A stretch of 64,000 nt of DNA from Pyrinomonadaceae bacterium (GTDB lineage Bacteria; Acidobacteriota; Blastocatellia; Pyrinomonadales; Pyrinomonadaceae), in NCBI GenBank assembly GCA_035995185.1, contig DASYKT010000009.1, positions 28,174-92,173 on the forward strand, read 5' to 3'. Of this stretch, positions 17,463 to 26,389 are shown in pieces (the stretch's first letter is position 1; every line of letters starts with the position of its first letter). A program made the position numbers and the translations under genes. The notes beneath the pieces were generated by a model. That model saw only the letters and a program-made list of their open reading frames with translations, searched no databases and was not told where the DNA came from.

Positions 17463-18365
17463 TTACAAAGCTGACAGGGCGACTGCCACCTGGGAGGCCA
17501 CTTTCGCGTTGTGTTTTAGCAGGGCGATATTTGCCTCAAGGGTTTTCCCGCCGCTGCGCGCGGACATTTCCGAGAGCAGAAAAGGCGTCAGGTTCTTTCC
17601 TTTCATTTTCTGCCTTTCGGCTGCATTCAGGCATCCCTGCAGCACGATCTCCAATTCCTCTCGCGGTATCTCATATTCCGCCGGCACGGGAACTGTCAGC
17701 AATATCGCGCCCGGTAAATTCAACTCATCGCGCGCGCGAATAATCCTGGCGGCGGCTTCAGCGGTTTCAATTTTTTCGTCCACCCGCAACCCGCTGGAAC
17801 GCGAATAAAACGCGGGAAACTCGTCGCAGCCGTAGCCCAGCACCGTTACGCCGTGCGTCTCCAGCCATTCGCGGGTCGCCGGCAGATCGAGAATTATTTT
17901 TGCGCCGGAAGAAACCACCGTCATCGGAGTTTGGGCAAGTTCGGGCAGGTCGGCTGAAACATCGGCGGAAAACCCGCGATGGACGCCGCCGATCCCTCCC
18001 GTAGCAAAAACTTTTATTCCGGCCCGGTGCGCCAACCACATTGTGGTCGCAACCGTGGTGGCGCAGTCCCATTTGCCCGCCACGGCGGGCGCCAGGTCGC
18101 GGCGGCTGATCTTGCGAATATTTTTGCCGGCGGCCAAGCGTTCGATCTTTTCGGTGTCTAACCCGGCATAAAAAACGCCGCCGAAAACCGCGATCGTGGC
18201 CGGGACCGCGCCGTTGTCCCGCACTATTTTTTCCAGCTCATAAGCAGTTTCGAGGTTTCGAGGGTGCGGCAGCCCGTGAGCGATAACGGTAGATTCCAGC
18301 GCCACCAACGGCTTTCCCGCCGCGAGCGCGTCTTTTACTTCTTCATTAAAAATAAAATTTTCCAT
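17463..18365 (-). CDS. psuG: pseudouridine-5'-phosphate glycosidase
   Basis: Motifs KPLVALESTVIAHGLPHPRNLETA and FATGGIGGVHRG. Length 300 aa. Confidence 0.9.
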   Translation of the reverse strand: MENFIFNEEVKDALAAGKPLVALESTVIAHGLPHPRNLETAYELEKIVRDNGAVPATIAVFGGVFYAGLDTEKIERLAAGKNIRKISRRDLAPAVAGKWDCATTVATTMWLAHRAGIKVFATGGIGGVHRGFSADVSADLPELAQTPMTVVSSGAKIILDLPATREWLETHGVTVLGYGCDEFPAFYSRSSGLRVDEKIETAEAAARIIRARDELNLPGAILLTVPVPAEYEIPREELEIVLQGCLNAAERQKMKGKNLTPFLLSEMSARSGGKTLEANIALLKHNAKVASQVAVALSAL

Positions 18366-18423
18366 AAGAACGGGCCAGAGAATTTCCCTGCCCCCTGCGT
18401 CAAATCGATAATAGACAGTTCTC

Positions 18424-19272
18424 TTATTTGATCATTCTGAAAATACGGTCAAACCGCGGGTGGCTTAGGCAATTCGACATGCTTTCCCCGGTCGTCTGAT
18501 CGCAAGACCAGTAGACGAACATCGCCCGGCCGATTATCAGGTCGCGCTTGACCGGCCCCCAAAAGCGGCTGTCTTCGCTATTGTCGCGATTGTCGCCCAT
18601 CATAAAATAACTGTCATCGGGGATCTTGTAAGGATGGCCGGGCGCGGCAAAATCATAATAAGAGTGCTCCGGGATCTTCCCTTTTTTTGACTCTTCGGTG
18701 GAATCTTTCCCGTAATAAACCCCGTAAGGCTGATCTGGCTGTCTTGCTTCGATCTCAGCGGTAACCAGAGCGGCGGTGCTGTTCTGCGAGCCGTCGGCTT
18801 TCTGCGGGTGGTCGCCTATCATCCGGTATTCGGGCAGCAATTGCCCGTTGATAAGCACCTGGTTATTGCGAAATTCGATTGTTTCACCCGGCAGGCCGAT
18901 CACGCGTTTTACATAATTTATCTCGTATTTGCGCAGGCCGCGGTCGCTGTCTCTTTTGGGATGAGTGGAATTACCGGGATATTTGAAAACAATGATATCT
19001 CCGCGTTTGATCTCGCGCTGCGGCAGAAAGAAAAGGGTGTCGCCCGGTGAAAATATAAATTTATTCACCAGCAGGTAATCGCCCACCAAAATGGTATTTT
19101 CCATCGAGGCAGTGGGCACCGTGACCGCCTGTAAAACAAAGGTCATGCCAAACAGCGCCATGATCAGCGTTACCACAAAAGATTCGAAATAATCGCGGAC
19201 AACGCTTTTAGGCGGGCCGGGAGGTGTTTTCTTTTCCGCCTTTTTCTTACTATCGTCAGTATTATTGCTCAT
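18424..19272 (-). CDS. lepB: signal peptidase I
   Basis: Motifs PTASMENTILVGDYLLVNK, GDIIVFKYP and YFMMGDNRDNSEDSRFWG. Confidence 0.9.
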   Translation of the reverse strand: MSNNTDDSKKKAEKKTPPGPPKSVVRDYFESFVVTLIMALFGMTFVLQAVTVPTASMENTILVGDYLLVNKFIFSPGDTLFFLPQREIKRGDIIVFKYPGNSTHPKRDSDRGLRKYEINYVKRVIGLPGETIEFRNNQVLINGQLLPEYRMIGDHPQKADGSQNSTAALVTAEIEARQPDQPYGVYYGKDSTEESKKGKIPEHSYYDFAAPGHPYKIPDDSYFMMGDNRDNSEDSRFWGPVKRDLIIGRAMFVYWSCDQTTGESMSNCLSHPRFDRIFRMIK

Positions 19273-19324
19273 GGTTGGTATCCTAAATAACCTATCTAAT
19301 AACGGTCAACCCCGCGGCGTTGAT

Positions 19325-20029
19325 TTATAGCTTTTCCATCTCCTGCAGCGCCAGCTTGGCAGCCATCATTTCCGCCGCCTTTATCGATAAGCCCTGGCCG
19401 CGCATTTTCCCGCCGTCCCAGTTTGCCTCGACATAAAAAGTGCGCGAGTGCGGCGGGCCTTCGGTCTCGATCACCGTGTATTTCGGGGCCGATTTTTTTG
19501 CCGCCTGCAGTTTTTCCTGCAGCAGCGTCTTGTAATCGAGCGCCGAGCCGGGTGTTATCCGGGTGAATTCTTCCGCCAGCAGCCGGTGCACCAGGTTGCG
19601 CGCCGATATATATCCCCGATCAAAGAACACCCCGGCGATCACCGCTTCCAGCGCGTCCGCCAGCAGGGCCTGTTTTTTTCGCCCGCCGGTCTTTTCTTCG
19701 CCTCGGCCCACGCGCAGGAAATCTCCCAGCTTCAATTCTTCCGCCAGCCGCGCCAGCGTCGCCGTGCTCACCAGGTGATGTTTCATCAGCGTGAGCTCAC
19801 CTTCGGTAGCGTCCGGATTTTTCTTGTAAAGATACTCCGCGACCGCCGCGCCCAGCACCGAATCGCCGACAAACTCCAGCGATTCATTGTGCAGCTTTCT
19901 GATCTCCAGTTTGTTTGACGTGGAGTTTTCGTGTGCCCACGAGCGGTGCGTTACCGCCCTTTCGAGTAAAGCTATTTTTTGAAACCTGTATCCCAGCAAG
20001 TGTTCTAATTTATTAAGACTTCCGGCCAT
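19325..20029 (-). CDS. rnc: ribonuclease III
   Basis: NESLEFVGDSVL signature and a C-terminal dsRBD (GPPHSRTFYVEA...AAEMMAAKLAL). Confidence 0.92.
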   Translation of the reverse strand: MAGSLNKLEHLLGYRFQKIALLERAVTHRSWAHENSTSNKLEIRKLHNESLEFVGDSVLGAAVAEYLYKKNPDATEGELTLMKHHLVSTATLARLAEELKLGDFLRVGRGEEKTGGRKKQALLADALEAVIAGVFFDRGYISARNLVHRLLAEEFTRITPGSALDYKTLLQEKLQAAKKSAPKYTVIETEGPPHSRTFYVEANWDGGKMRGQGLSIKAAEMMAAKLALQEMEKL

Positions 20030-20065
20030 TTCTATAATGAAGACATCTTAACGTATTCACCTTTA

Positions 20066-20119
20066 AAAACATAAAGCCGCTAAAAGCATAAAGCCGGATG
20101 CTTTCACACCCGGCTTTAT
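20066..20119 (-). terminator. candidate terminator hairpin after the 20144-21460 gene
   Basis: On the minus strand, ATAAAGCCGG-gtgtgaaagcat-CCGGCTTTAT is followed by GCTTTTAGCGGCTTTATGTTTTT. Confidence 0.45.
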
Positions 20120-20143
20120 CTTAGAAACAGCTAATGAATGATC

Positions 20144-21460
20144 CTAGCGGCCCGCTTTCTTTTTCGTCGCGGCCCTGGCTACCGTACCCTTGGTTCCCTT
20201 GACCGCGCCGCTGGGCTTGGCCGGGGTCGTGCTCGCCGGTTTGGTAGTGGCCGGGGCGGCGGTTGCCGGGGGTTTGACCGTGTTCGCCGGCGCCGTAGCC
20301 GCCGGTTTGGTTCCCGGAACAGTCGAAGTAGCGGCGCCGCTGGTCGTGGTGGCCGGAATTTCTTCCGGTATCGGCGTTACCGGCGTTGCCGGATCGACAA
20401 AAGGCTTGGTCATTACATTATTTACATATTCATTTACGCCGTCAGCCTTCTTAAAGCGCGCATTGTAAACAACGTCCACCGTCTTGCTCAAATTGTCCTT
20501 AAAGGTCTGCGTCTGCTTCGGATCGTCCTTGGCGATCTTCAAGGCCCGCGCATAAGCATCCAGCCCGCGGTCGGCATACGCCAACTGCATTTCACGGATG
20601 TTCTTGCACTGGTCCGTATCTTCGGTCAGGTTCTTACAGGTCTTATTGAATTCGTCGACCTGGGCGTTTAATTCTTCTAGGTAATACCGTCCGATATTCT
20701 GATACGGCAAAGGCGATTTTTTGATATCCGGCGATTCGAATTTTACGGCCTTGTAGTAATAAGGAGCGGCTTCTTTAAAGAGCGCGCGGCTGCGGGTGGT
20801 GTCTTTATTGGTATCGGATGTTAACCGGGCGATGATAAAGTTCATCCACGCCGACGCATTATCTTTGGACTTCAAAGAGTAATTTCCACCGCCCCAATTC
20901 TGCACCGTCGTATTATTGGCGGCGGGTGTCGCGTCGGATACGATGCCCGAATCGATCATTCTCAGCGCGGTCTTCGCGTAATTGACCACCTCACCGTTGT
21001 AGGTGTAATCCGAGGGCGAATTAAAAGCCAGGTCAAAATAGCCTATTTGCGCCATGAACAAAGCAATATCCAGCTTGAGGGTGTCTTTCGGCTCGAGCCG
21101 CATGATCTCACGGGCGCTGTCAAAAGCTTTTTTCCAATTCTTGGTAGTGACGCCCTCGTTTAGATCCTTATACGCTTTTTTAAGCGGATACTCGTCGCGT
21201 CTCTTCTTAAGATTCGCCACCTGTTTGCTGACAAAATCTGAATACGTATCCGGCGGGGTGCCGTATTTTTTCAGGTAATCTTCGCCGATGACGATACAGG
21301 CATCCATCGGGGCCGGCTCCTGTGCTTTATAGCATTCGGTAAATTTTGTATATAACGCGTTTTTCTCCACGTCATCCTGGGCCGAAACGCTGACCACTCC
21401 ACAAGCCAGAGCGGCCGCGGCTAGTGTGCCCAAAACAAGTTTATTAAATGATCTTTTCAT
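20144..21460 (-). CDS. secreted hypothetical protein with Pro/Thr/Ala-rich C-terminal tail
   Basis: The start is moved to MKRSFNKLVLG, which has a GGAGG RBS about 10 nt upstream. It has a signal peptide and a low-complexity PATTTSGAATSTVPGTKPAATAPA tail. Confidence 0.6.
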   Translation of the reverse strand: MKRSFNKLVLGTLAAAALACGVVSVSAQDDVEKNALYTKFTECYKAQEPAPMDACIVIGEDYLKKYGTPPDTYSDFVSKQVANLKKRRDEYPLKKAYKDLNEGVTTKNWKKAFDSAREIMRLEPKDTLKLDIALFMAQIGYFDLAFNSPSDYTYNGEVVNYAKTALRMIDSGIVSDATPAANNTTVQNWGGGNYSLKSKDNASAWMNFIIARLTSDTNKDTTRSRALFKEAAPYYYKAVKFESPDIKKSPLPYQNIGRYYLEELNAQVDEFNKTCKNLTEDTDQCKNIREMQLAYADRGLDAYARALKIAKDDPKQTQTFKDNLSKTVDVVYNARFKKADGVNEYVNNVMTKPFVDPATPVTPIPEEIPATTTSGAATSTVPGTKPAATAPANTVKPPATAAPATTKPASTTPAKPSGAVKGTKGTVARAATKKKAGR

Positions 21461-21804
21461 TAGCTGAATTTCCTCCAAAGCTACTACTCTCTATATGCTT
21501 TTATGCGGAACCGAACCCTTCCCGTTCCTGCGTTAATCAGATGATGACCCGCAGAAAAGGGTTGTAATATTTTTACCCCGAAACCGCTCTGCCGAATTGT
21601 CTTACTTCCCCCATATTAGCAAAAGCGCGCACACGACGGAAGCAGATATATTTACGTACTTACATCTAAAGTGTCAAGCGGTAAAAGAATTTTGCTTTTC
21701 GTGCATCAAATGTTTGCCTGAATTGCCTGATACCGATAAGATTTCAGGTTAAAATGGCATTGTTTACCGGAAATATCAAATTAAAGTAGCCCTCCGGAAT
21801 AAAA

Positions 21805-23292
21805 ATGAGATTTTTTACTACCTTGCGCGCAAAGTTGTTGATAGTTATGGGGATACTCCTCGTAACGACTCTCAGTGTGCAGTATTACCTTAATGTCCGC
21901 CGCGAAACCAGCAGCAAAAGGCTTAACGACCGCCAGCAGCAGGCCCTGGTCGTGGGACTGACCTTAGGGGTCAGCGGCATCACTTCCCGGGACGAACTGA
22001 GCCAGCTGGTGGAAAAGGCCAGAGACACGCTTTATGACAAGTACACGGACCGGCGCCTAAAAGACATTATTATTATCAACTCCGATTGGGAGATCTATGA
22101 CACTCTTAATCCGGAATATAAGCCTACCAAGGACGCGGATGGAAATACGGTATTTAAAAAACTCGGTGAGATCCAAAATCTGCCGCCTTTAAGAGACGCG
22201 GACAGGCTGGGCGAAGCGAGCAGGAACTTTCCGAATGCGACCGGCGAAGATACCGATAGCGCGCAGCAGGAAGCCTATGCCATCCCCGTGCAAACCACCC
22301 AGGGCGTCTGGCATATCATGGTGATATTGAATGTGACCCCGATGGAAACCGCCCGGCGCGACGCTATTTTGCCGGTAGTGTACACCTTGGGCATTCTGCT
22401 GGCGTCGAGCATTATCGCGATCGTGCTGGTCTGGCGTTTTACCAAGCCGATCAGAAATCTTTCGGATGCGGCCAAACAGGTGGCGGAGGGCGACCTGCAG
22501 GTCCGCGTGGCGGACCATAAAAGAAGCGATGAAGTGGGCCTGCTGGCGCAAAGGTTCAATGAAATGACCGCCGAGCTCGAGAAATCGCGCGAACTCGAAT
22601 CACAGCTTCAGGAAGCGGAAAAATCCGCGGTGGTCGGGCGGCTTGCTTCGGCCATCGCCCACGAGATCAGAAATCCGCTCAATTACATCAATCTCACGCT
22701 CGATCATCTGCGGGCCAAATTCATTCCCGACGACAAGGAAAAACGCGAGATGTTTGAGCAGCTGACCTCGCAGCTCAAGTCGGAGGTGGGCCGGATAAAT
22801 AATCAGATCAGCGATTTCCTGCGCTATTCGCGCCCGCTGAACCTCGACCTGCAGCCGGTAAATATTCGCGAGGTAATAGATAACTCGATGCTGCTGGTTC
22901 AGGGACAGGCGGAAGGATTGGGCATTTCGACCTCCGTCAACGAACCTCCCGGCACACCGCCGGTGCTGGGCGATCGCGATGTTTTACGCTCGGTCTTTAA
23001 TAATCTTTTTATCAATGCGGTGCAGGCGATGGAAACGTCGGGCGGTTCACTGTCGGTGGATCTTGTTCCGAACGGTGAATTTGTCGAGATACATGTCAAA
23101 GACACCGGCTGCGCCATCCCCGAAGAAAATCTGCCCAAAATATTCGAACCGTATTTTTCCACCAAGGAAACCGGCACCGGCCTCGGGCTGGCGATCGCCA
23201 AACGCATAGTCGATAAACACAGCGGAACGATCGAGGTCACTTCTTCCCCAAATGACGGGACGCAGTTCAACATTAAATTGCCAAAGGCATAA
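21805..23292 (+). CDS. sensor histidine kinase (TM-HAMP-HisKA-HATPase; NtrB/AtoS-like)
   Basis: HAMP (PIRNLSDAAKQVAEGDL), H-box SAIAHEIRNPLN, and N/G boxes (NLFINAVQA, DTGCAIP, GTGLGLAIAKRIV). Confidence 0.85.
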   Translation: MRFFTTLRAKLLIVMGILLVTTLSVQYYLNVRRETSSKRLNDRQQQALVVGLTLGVSGITSRDELSQLVEKARDTLYDKYTDRRLKDIIIINSDWEIYDTLNPEYKPTKDADGNTVFKKLGEIQNLPPLRDADRLGEASRNFPNATGEDTDSAQQEAYAIPVQTTQGVWHIMVILNVTPMETARRDAILPVVYTLGILLASSIIAIVLVWRFTKPIRNLSDAAKQVAEGDLQVRVADHKRSDEVGLLAQRFNEMTAELEKSRELESQLQEAEKSAVVGRLASAIAHEIRNPLNYINLTLDHLRAKFIPDDKEKREMFEQLTSQLKSEVGRINNQISDFLRYSRPLNLDLQPVNIREVIDNSMLLVQGQAEGLGISTSVNEPPGTPPVLGDRDVLRSVFNNLFINAVQAMETSGGSLSVDLVPNGEFVEIHVKDTGCAIPEENLPKIFEPYFSTKETGTGLGLAIAKRIVDKHSGTIEVTSSPNDGTQFNIKLPKA

Positions 23293-23334
23293 ATACGAAG
23301 TGGTGTCCTGAATTTTGGGACGACCCTTCTTAAA

Positions 23335-23387
23335 CTCCCCTCCTTACAAAGGAGGGGTGGCGCGTTTTTCGCGACGGGGTGGTTCTC
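23335..23387. repeat. family G hairpin element (G1)
   Basis: CTCCCCTCCTTACAAAGGAGGGG followed by TGGCGCGTTTTTCGCGACGGGGTGGTTCTC. The second half recurs at 49626-49666. Confidence 0.6.
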
Positions 23388-23393
23388 TCGACT

Positions 23394-24255
23394 TTACCGC
23401 GCGGACCTTAGCTCATCGACCATCGCCCTCGCTCCTGCGATATCGCCGCGGTAGACTATCTTTCCCTGCCGGTCGATCACCAATGTGGTCGGGTATACTT
23501 TTACGCCGAGTTTCTCCGGCAGTTCTTCGTCAGCAGCGACCGCCACCGGAAATGTATAACCTTCTTCCCGGATAACTTCAAAAGCTTCGCCGGGGCTTAT
23601 CTTCTTCGATCGGTTTATCAATAGCGAAAACTACCACGGAAGGGTCGGACTTCAGCTTATCAAAGGCGGATTGAACTTGGGGAAATTTTTCAAAACATGC
23701 TCCGCAGCGCGTGAACCAGAAGTCAAGCAAAACCACCTTACCGTTAAAGTCATTCTCAGTAATAGTATTTTTCTGCTCGTCGAATGCCTCGAATTTTACC
23801 GGCAATTCATAAGCAGCAACTCTACCGGTGAAAGTTCCGTAATTCCGCTCGTTAAACCAAAAATCGTATCCCTGAAAATACATAAAAACAACGATGACAC
23901 AACATAATGTTAAAGGAAGCAGATCAAACGGCCTTTTTATTTTCCAATAAAACAATCCGCAGACTATACCTAAAGTATGAAGTAACATATCGGGCAAAGT
24001 TCCCAGGGTGCCTTCAAAATGGGTAATTCTAATGGGTAACTGAAGCAGCCATAACCCCAAAAGCAAAGCACTGAAAATCTGCCAGTCGGTTAATCTGCTT
24101 TTGAATACTTTGAGGCAGAATAATGTCAGATATAAATAAGCGACAAATCCAATCAACGATGATTCCTGAATGCTTCTAAAGCCCCTTAAGGGAGATATCG
24201 CAACCATCAAAACTAAAGAAATAATAACGATCAGGAATGCGCTTTTATATTTCAT
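23394..24255 (-). pseudogene. membrane-anchored TlpA/thioredoxin-like oxidoreductase, disrupted by a 1-nt frameshift (paralog of 24279-25142)
   Basis: ORFs 23578-24255 and 23394-23621 together align end to end with the intact neighbour. Removing one base from the G4 run at 23592-23595 (plus strand) restores ...DKPGEAFEVIREEGYTFPVAV... The CxxC motif is CGAC. Confidence 0.7.
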
Positions 24256-24278
24256 ACATGCGTCAGTAAACTCTAAAT

Positions 24279-25142
24279 TTACCTACCGCGTAATTCATCG
24301 ACCATCGCCGCCGCTCCTGCGATATCGCCGCGATAGACGATCTTTCCCTGCCGGTCGATCACCAAGGTGGTCGGGTATACTTTTACGCCGAGTTTTTCCG
24401 GCAGTTCTTCGTTACCGGCGACCGCTACCGGAAATGTGTAGCCTTCTTCGCGGATAATGCTAAAGGCCTCGCCGGGCTTATCGTCCTTGATAGGCTTATC
24501 GACTGCCATGATCTTTACCGAAGCGTCATCTTTATATCTATCGTAAGCTGCCTGGACCTGCGGAAATTTCTCAAAACAGATGCCGCAGCCGGTATACCAA
24601 AAATCCAGTAAGGCGATCTTGCCGTTAAGATCGTTTTCACTAATGATATTTTTCTGTTCGTCAAACGCTTCGAATTTCGCCGGCAGAGCGTAAGCCTCGA
24701 CCCGCCCGGTAAAAGTGCCGTAATTTAACTTATCGAGCCATCGATCATAGCCCTGGAAATACATATAAACGGGAACGATGGAGCAAAGTACCAGCGCGGC
24801 AAAATTTAAGGGCCTTTTCATCCGCCAATACAGCGCGCCGCAAATTACTCCCAATGAGTGTATCAGTGTGTCCGGCAATGAAATTAGTGTGCTGCTAAAA
24901 AGCCATATTCTTATGGGAATTTGAAAAAACCACAATCCGATCATTAACGCCAAAACGATCAGCCCGGTATTTAAATGTTTTTCATACCGGTAAATGCAAA
25001 ACATTGTCAGGTATACTTCCAGCACAAAACCAACCAGTGAGGAAACCGCGAACCCCCCTCCATAACTACTTCGTAATGGAGTGATAACCAGGAAAAGAAC
25101 CAGTGAGAAAGCAAAAATCTTTAAAAATGATCTGATCTTCAT
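24279..25142 (-). CDS. membrane-anchored TlpA-like thiol-disulfide oxidoreductase
   Basis: 287 aa with about 5 N-terminal TM spans. The thioredoxin fold carries LLDFWYTGCGICFEKFP (CxxC) and VYPTTLVIDRQGKIV. Confidence 0.7.
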   Translation of the reverse strand: MKIRSFLKIFAFSLVLFLVITPLRSSYGGGFAVSSLVGFVLEVYLTMFCIYRYEKHLNTGLIVLALMIGLWFFQIPIRIWLFSSTLISLPDTLIHSLGVICGALYWRMKRPLNFAALVLCSIVPVYMYFQGYDRWLDKLNYGTFTGRVEAYALPAKFEAFDEQKNIISENDLNGKIALLDFWYTGCGICFEKFPQVQAAYDRYKDDASVKIMAVDKPIKDDKPGEAFSIIREEGYTFPVAVAGNEELPEKLGVKVYPTTLVIDRQGKIVYRGDIAGAAAMVDELRGR

Positions 25143-25159
25143 AACTTTTTATTCGCAAT

Positions 25160-25318
25160 GAGTCAGTACCGGGAACGTAGTGACCGGCTTTCTTTAATGA
25201 CGAACGATTAATGATTAGTGATTAATGAAGATATGTCCTGATAATGATGCCATTTATCACTAATCATTATTTACTATCAGCTAAAACCAGCCGGTCACTG
25301 CGTTCCCGGTACTGACTC
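25160..25318. repeat. family E palindromic element (E1), with a nested inner palindrome
   Basis: The outer arms are GAGTCAGTACCGGGAACGTAGTGACCGGCT ... AGCCGGTCACTGCGTTCCCGGTACTGACTC. The inner arms are AATGATTAGTGAT ... ATCACTAATCATT. Confidence 0.8.
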
Positions 25319-25379
25319 GTTATTTTTTTGACTTCAAAGGGGCGCGGGACGACGAATGCCGTACCGCGCCCTTTAAACA

Positions 25380-26389
25380 CTACGGGTTATAACATGCAAC
25401 GCCATTACACTCCTGGAAGAAAAATGCCCCGCAGCCTGTTATAAGATATTTGCAAATATTTCCGGCACATATTCCAAACCAGCATTGATCCCCTTCTCCG
25501 CGATGACAAGTACACTTGTTCAAAACAGGGAGAGGCGTTCCCTCCGTGGAAATTGTCGTCCCTGCCTTTTGTGGTTCTCCCAGCCTTGCCACCAGATTTC
25601 CGGCCTCTTCTTTAGAAAATGCCTGCAAAGCCTTATCAGTTAGCACAGTCAAAGGTTTGCCGACCTTTGCCTCCCACTGTGCATCTTTAGGACTCAATTC
25701 AAAGACTTCTAAAGTCATAAAATCCAGCACATCTGTAATAAAGCTTTTCTGAGAGGCAGTCAGATCAAGTGCCCTGCCAGATAGAGAGCAATATGAACTC
25801 TCCACAGATCACGTTTTTCCTCAGCGGTTGATTCTCTAAAAACCTCTTTTCTCTGCAGGTCATTTAGCGGAGTCAAATCTTCATATTTCTGGAGCATGAA
25901 GATATCGTCCTTGGTGGGGCCGAGATTTGCAAAAATCTCGAAGCGCTCTCTACCTTGAAACAGGGCTTTAGCCCTGCTGTCCAGTAAGATCGCTGTTTGC
26001 TCGGCTGCCGCTTGTTTTGCCGTATCGGTGTCACTGTATGAATCGGCCGTTAACATCGAGAGGCCATCGAGCAGCAGCGCCTTTTGCTCCGCCGTCAGGC
26101 CCGGACGCTTTACCAATTGAAAGGCAATATGGAATTTCATGACCGCCGCTCTGCTTTCGGGGGAAAGGCTGCGGAACATCCTTTGCATTTCCAGCATCCC
26201 TAAGCCCGAAAAGCTTAAATATTGCCCGATAACGCTGGTATTTGCCGCCTTTTGCGGCGTGTCATTTTTTGCCGCTTCTGCTGCGGCTGTTTTTTGCGCG
26301 TAGCTGTGCTGGGCAAAAATACTCATGACGCACAGAAGCATTCCGAATACTGATATTAAATTGTTCTTTCTCACTTGGCTTACCTCCAA
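25380..26389 (-). pseudogene. secreted fulvocin-C-related bacteriocin precursor-like protein, split by a 1-nt frameshift
   Basis: ORF 25760-26389 carries the signal peptide plus a helical pro-region. ORF 25380-25805 continues the same repeat pattern (LTAEQKALLLDGLSML / LTASQKSFITDVLDFM). It ends in the 8-Cys domain CTCHRGEGDQCWFGICAGNICKYLITGCGAFFFQECNGVACYNP. The frames join if one base is added to the C3 run at 25772-25774. Confidence 0.5.

Noticed and set aside
23315-23575. Two plus-strand ORFs (23315-23575 and 24170-24457) share the peptide SPSLLRYRR.RLSFPAGRSP.WSGILLRRV.PAVLR and look like a conserved small-protein family.
   Set aside because: They are the antisense reading of the nearly identical 3' ends of the two TlpA-like paralogs. 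The conservation is inherited from the real minus-strand genes.
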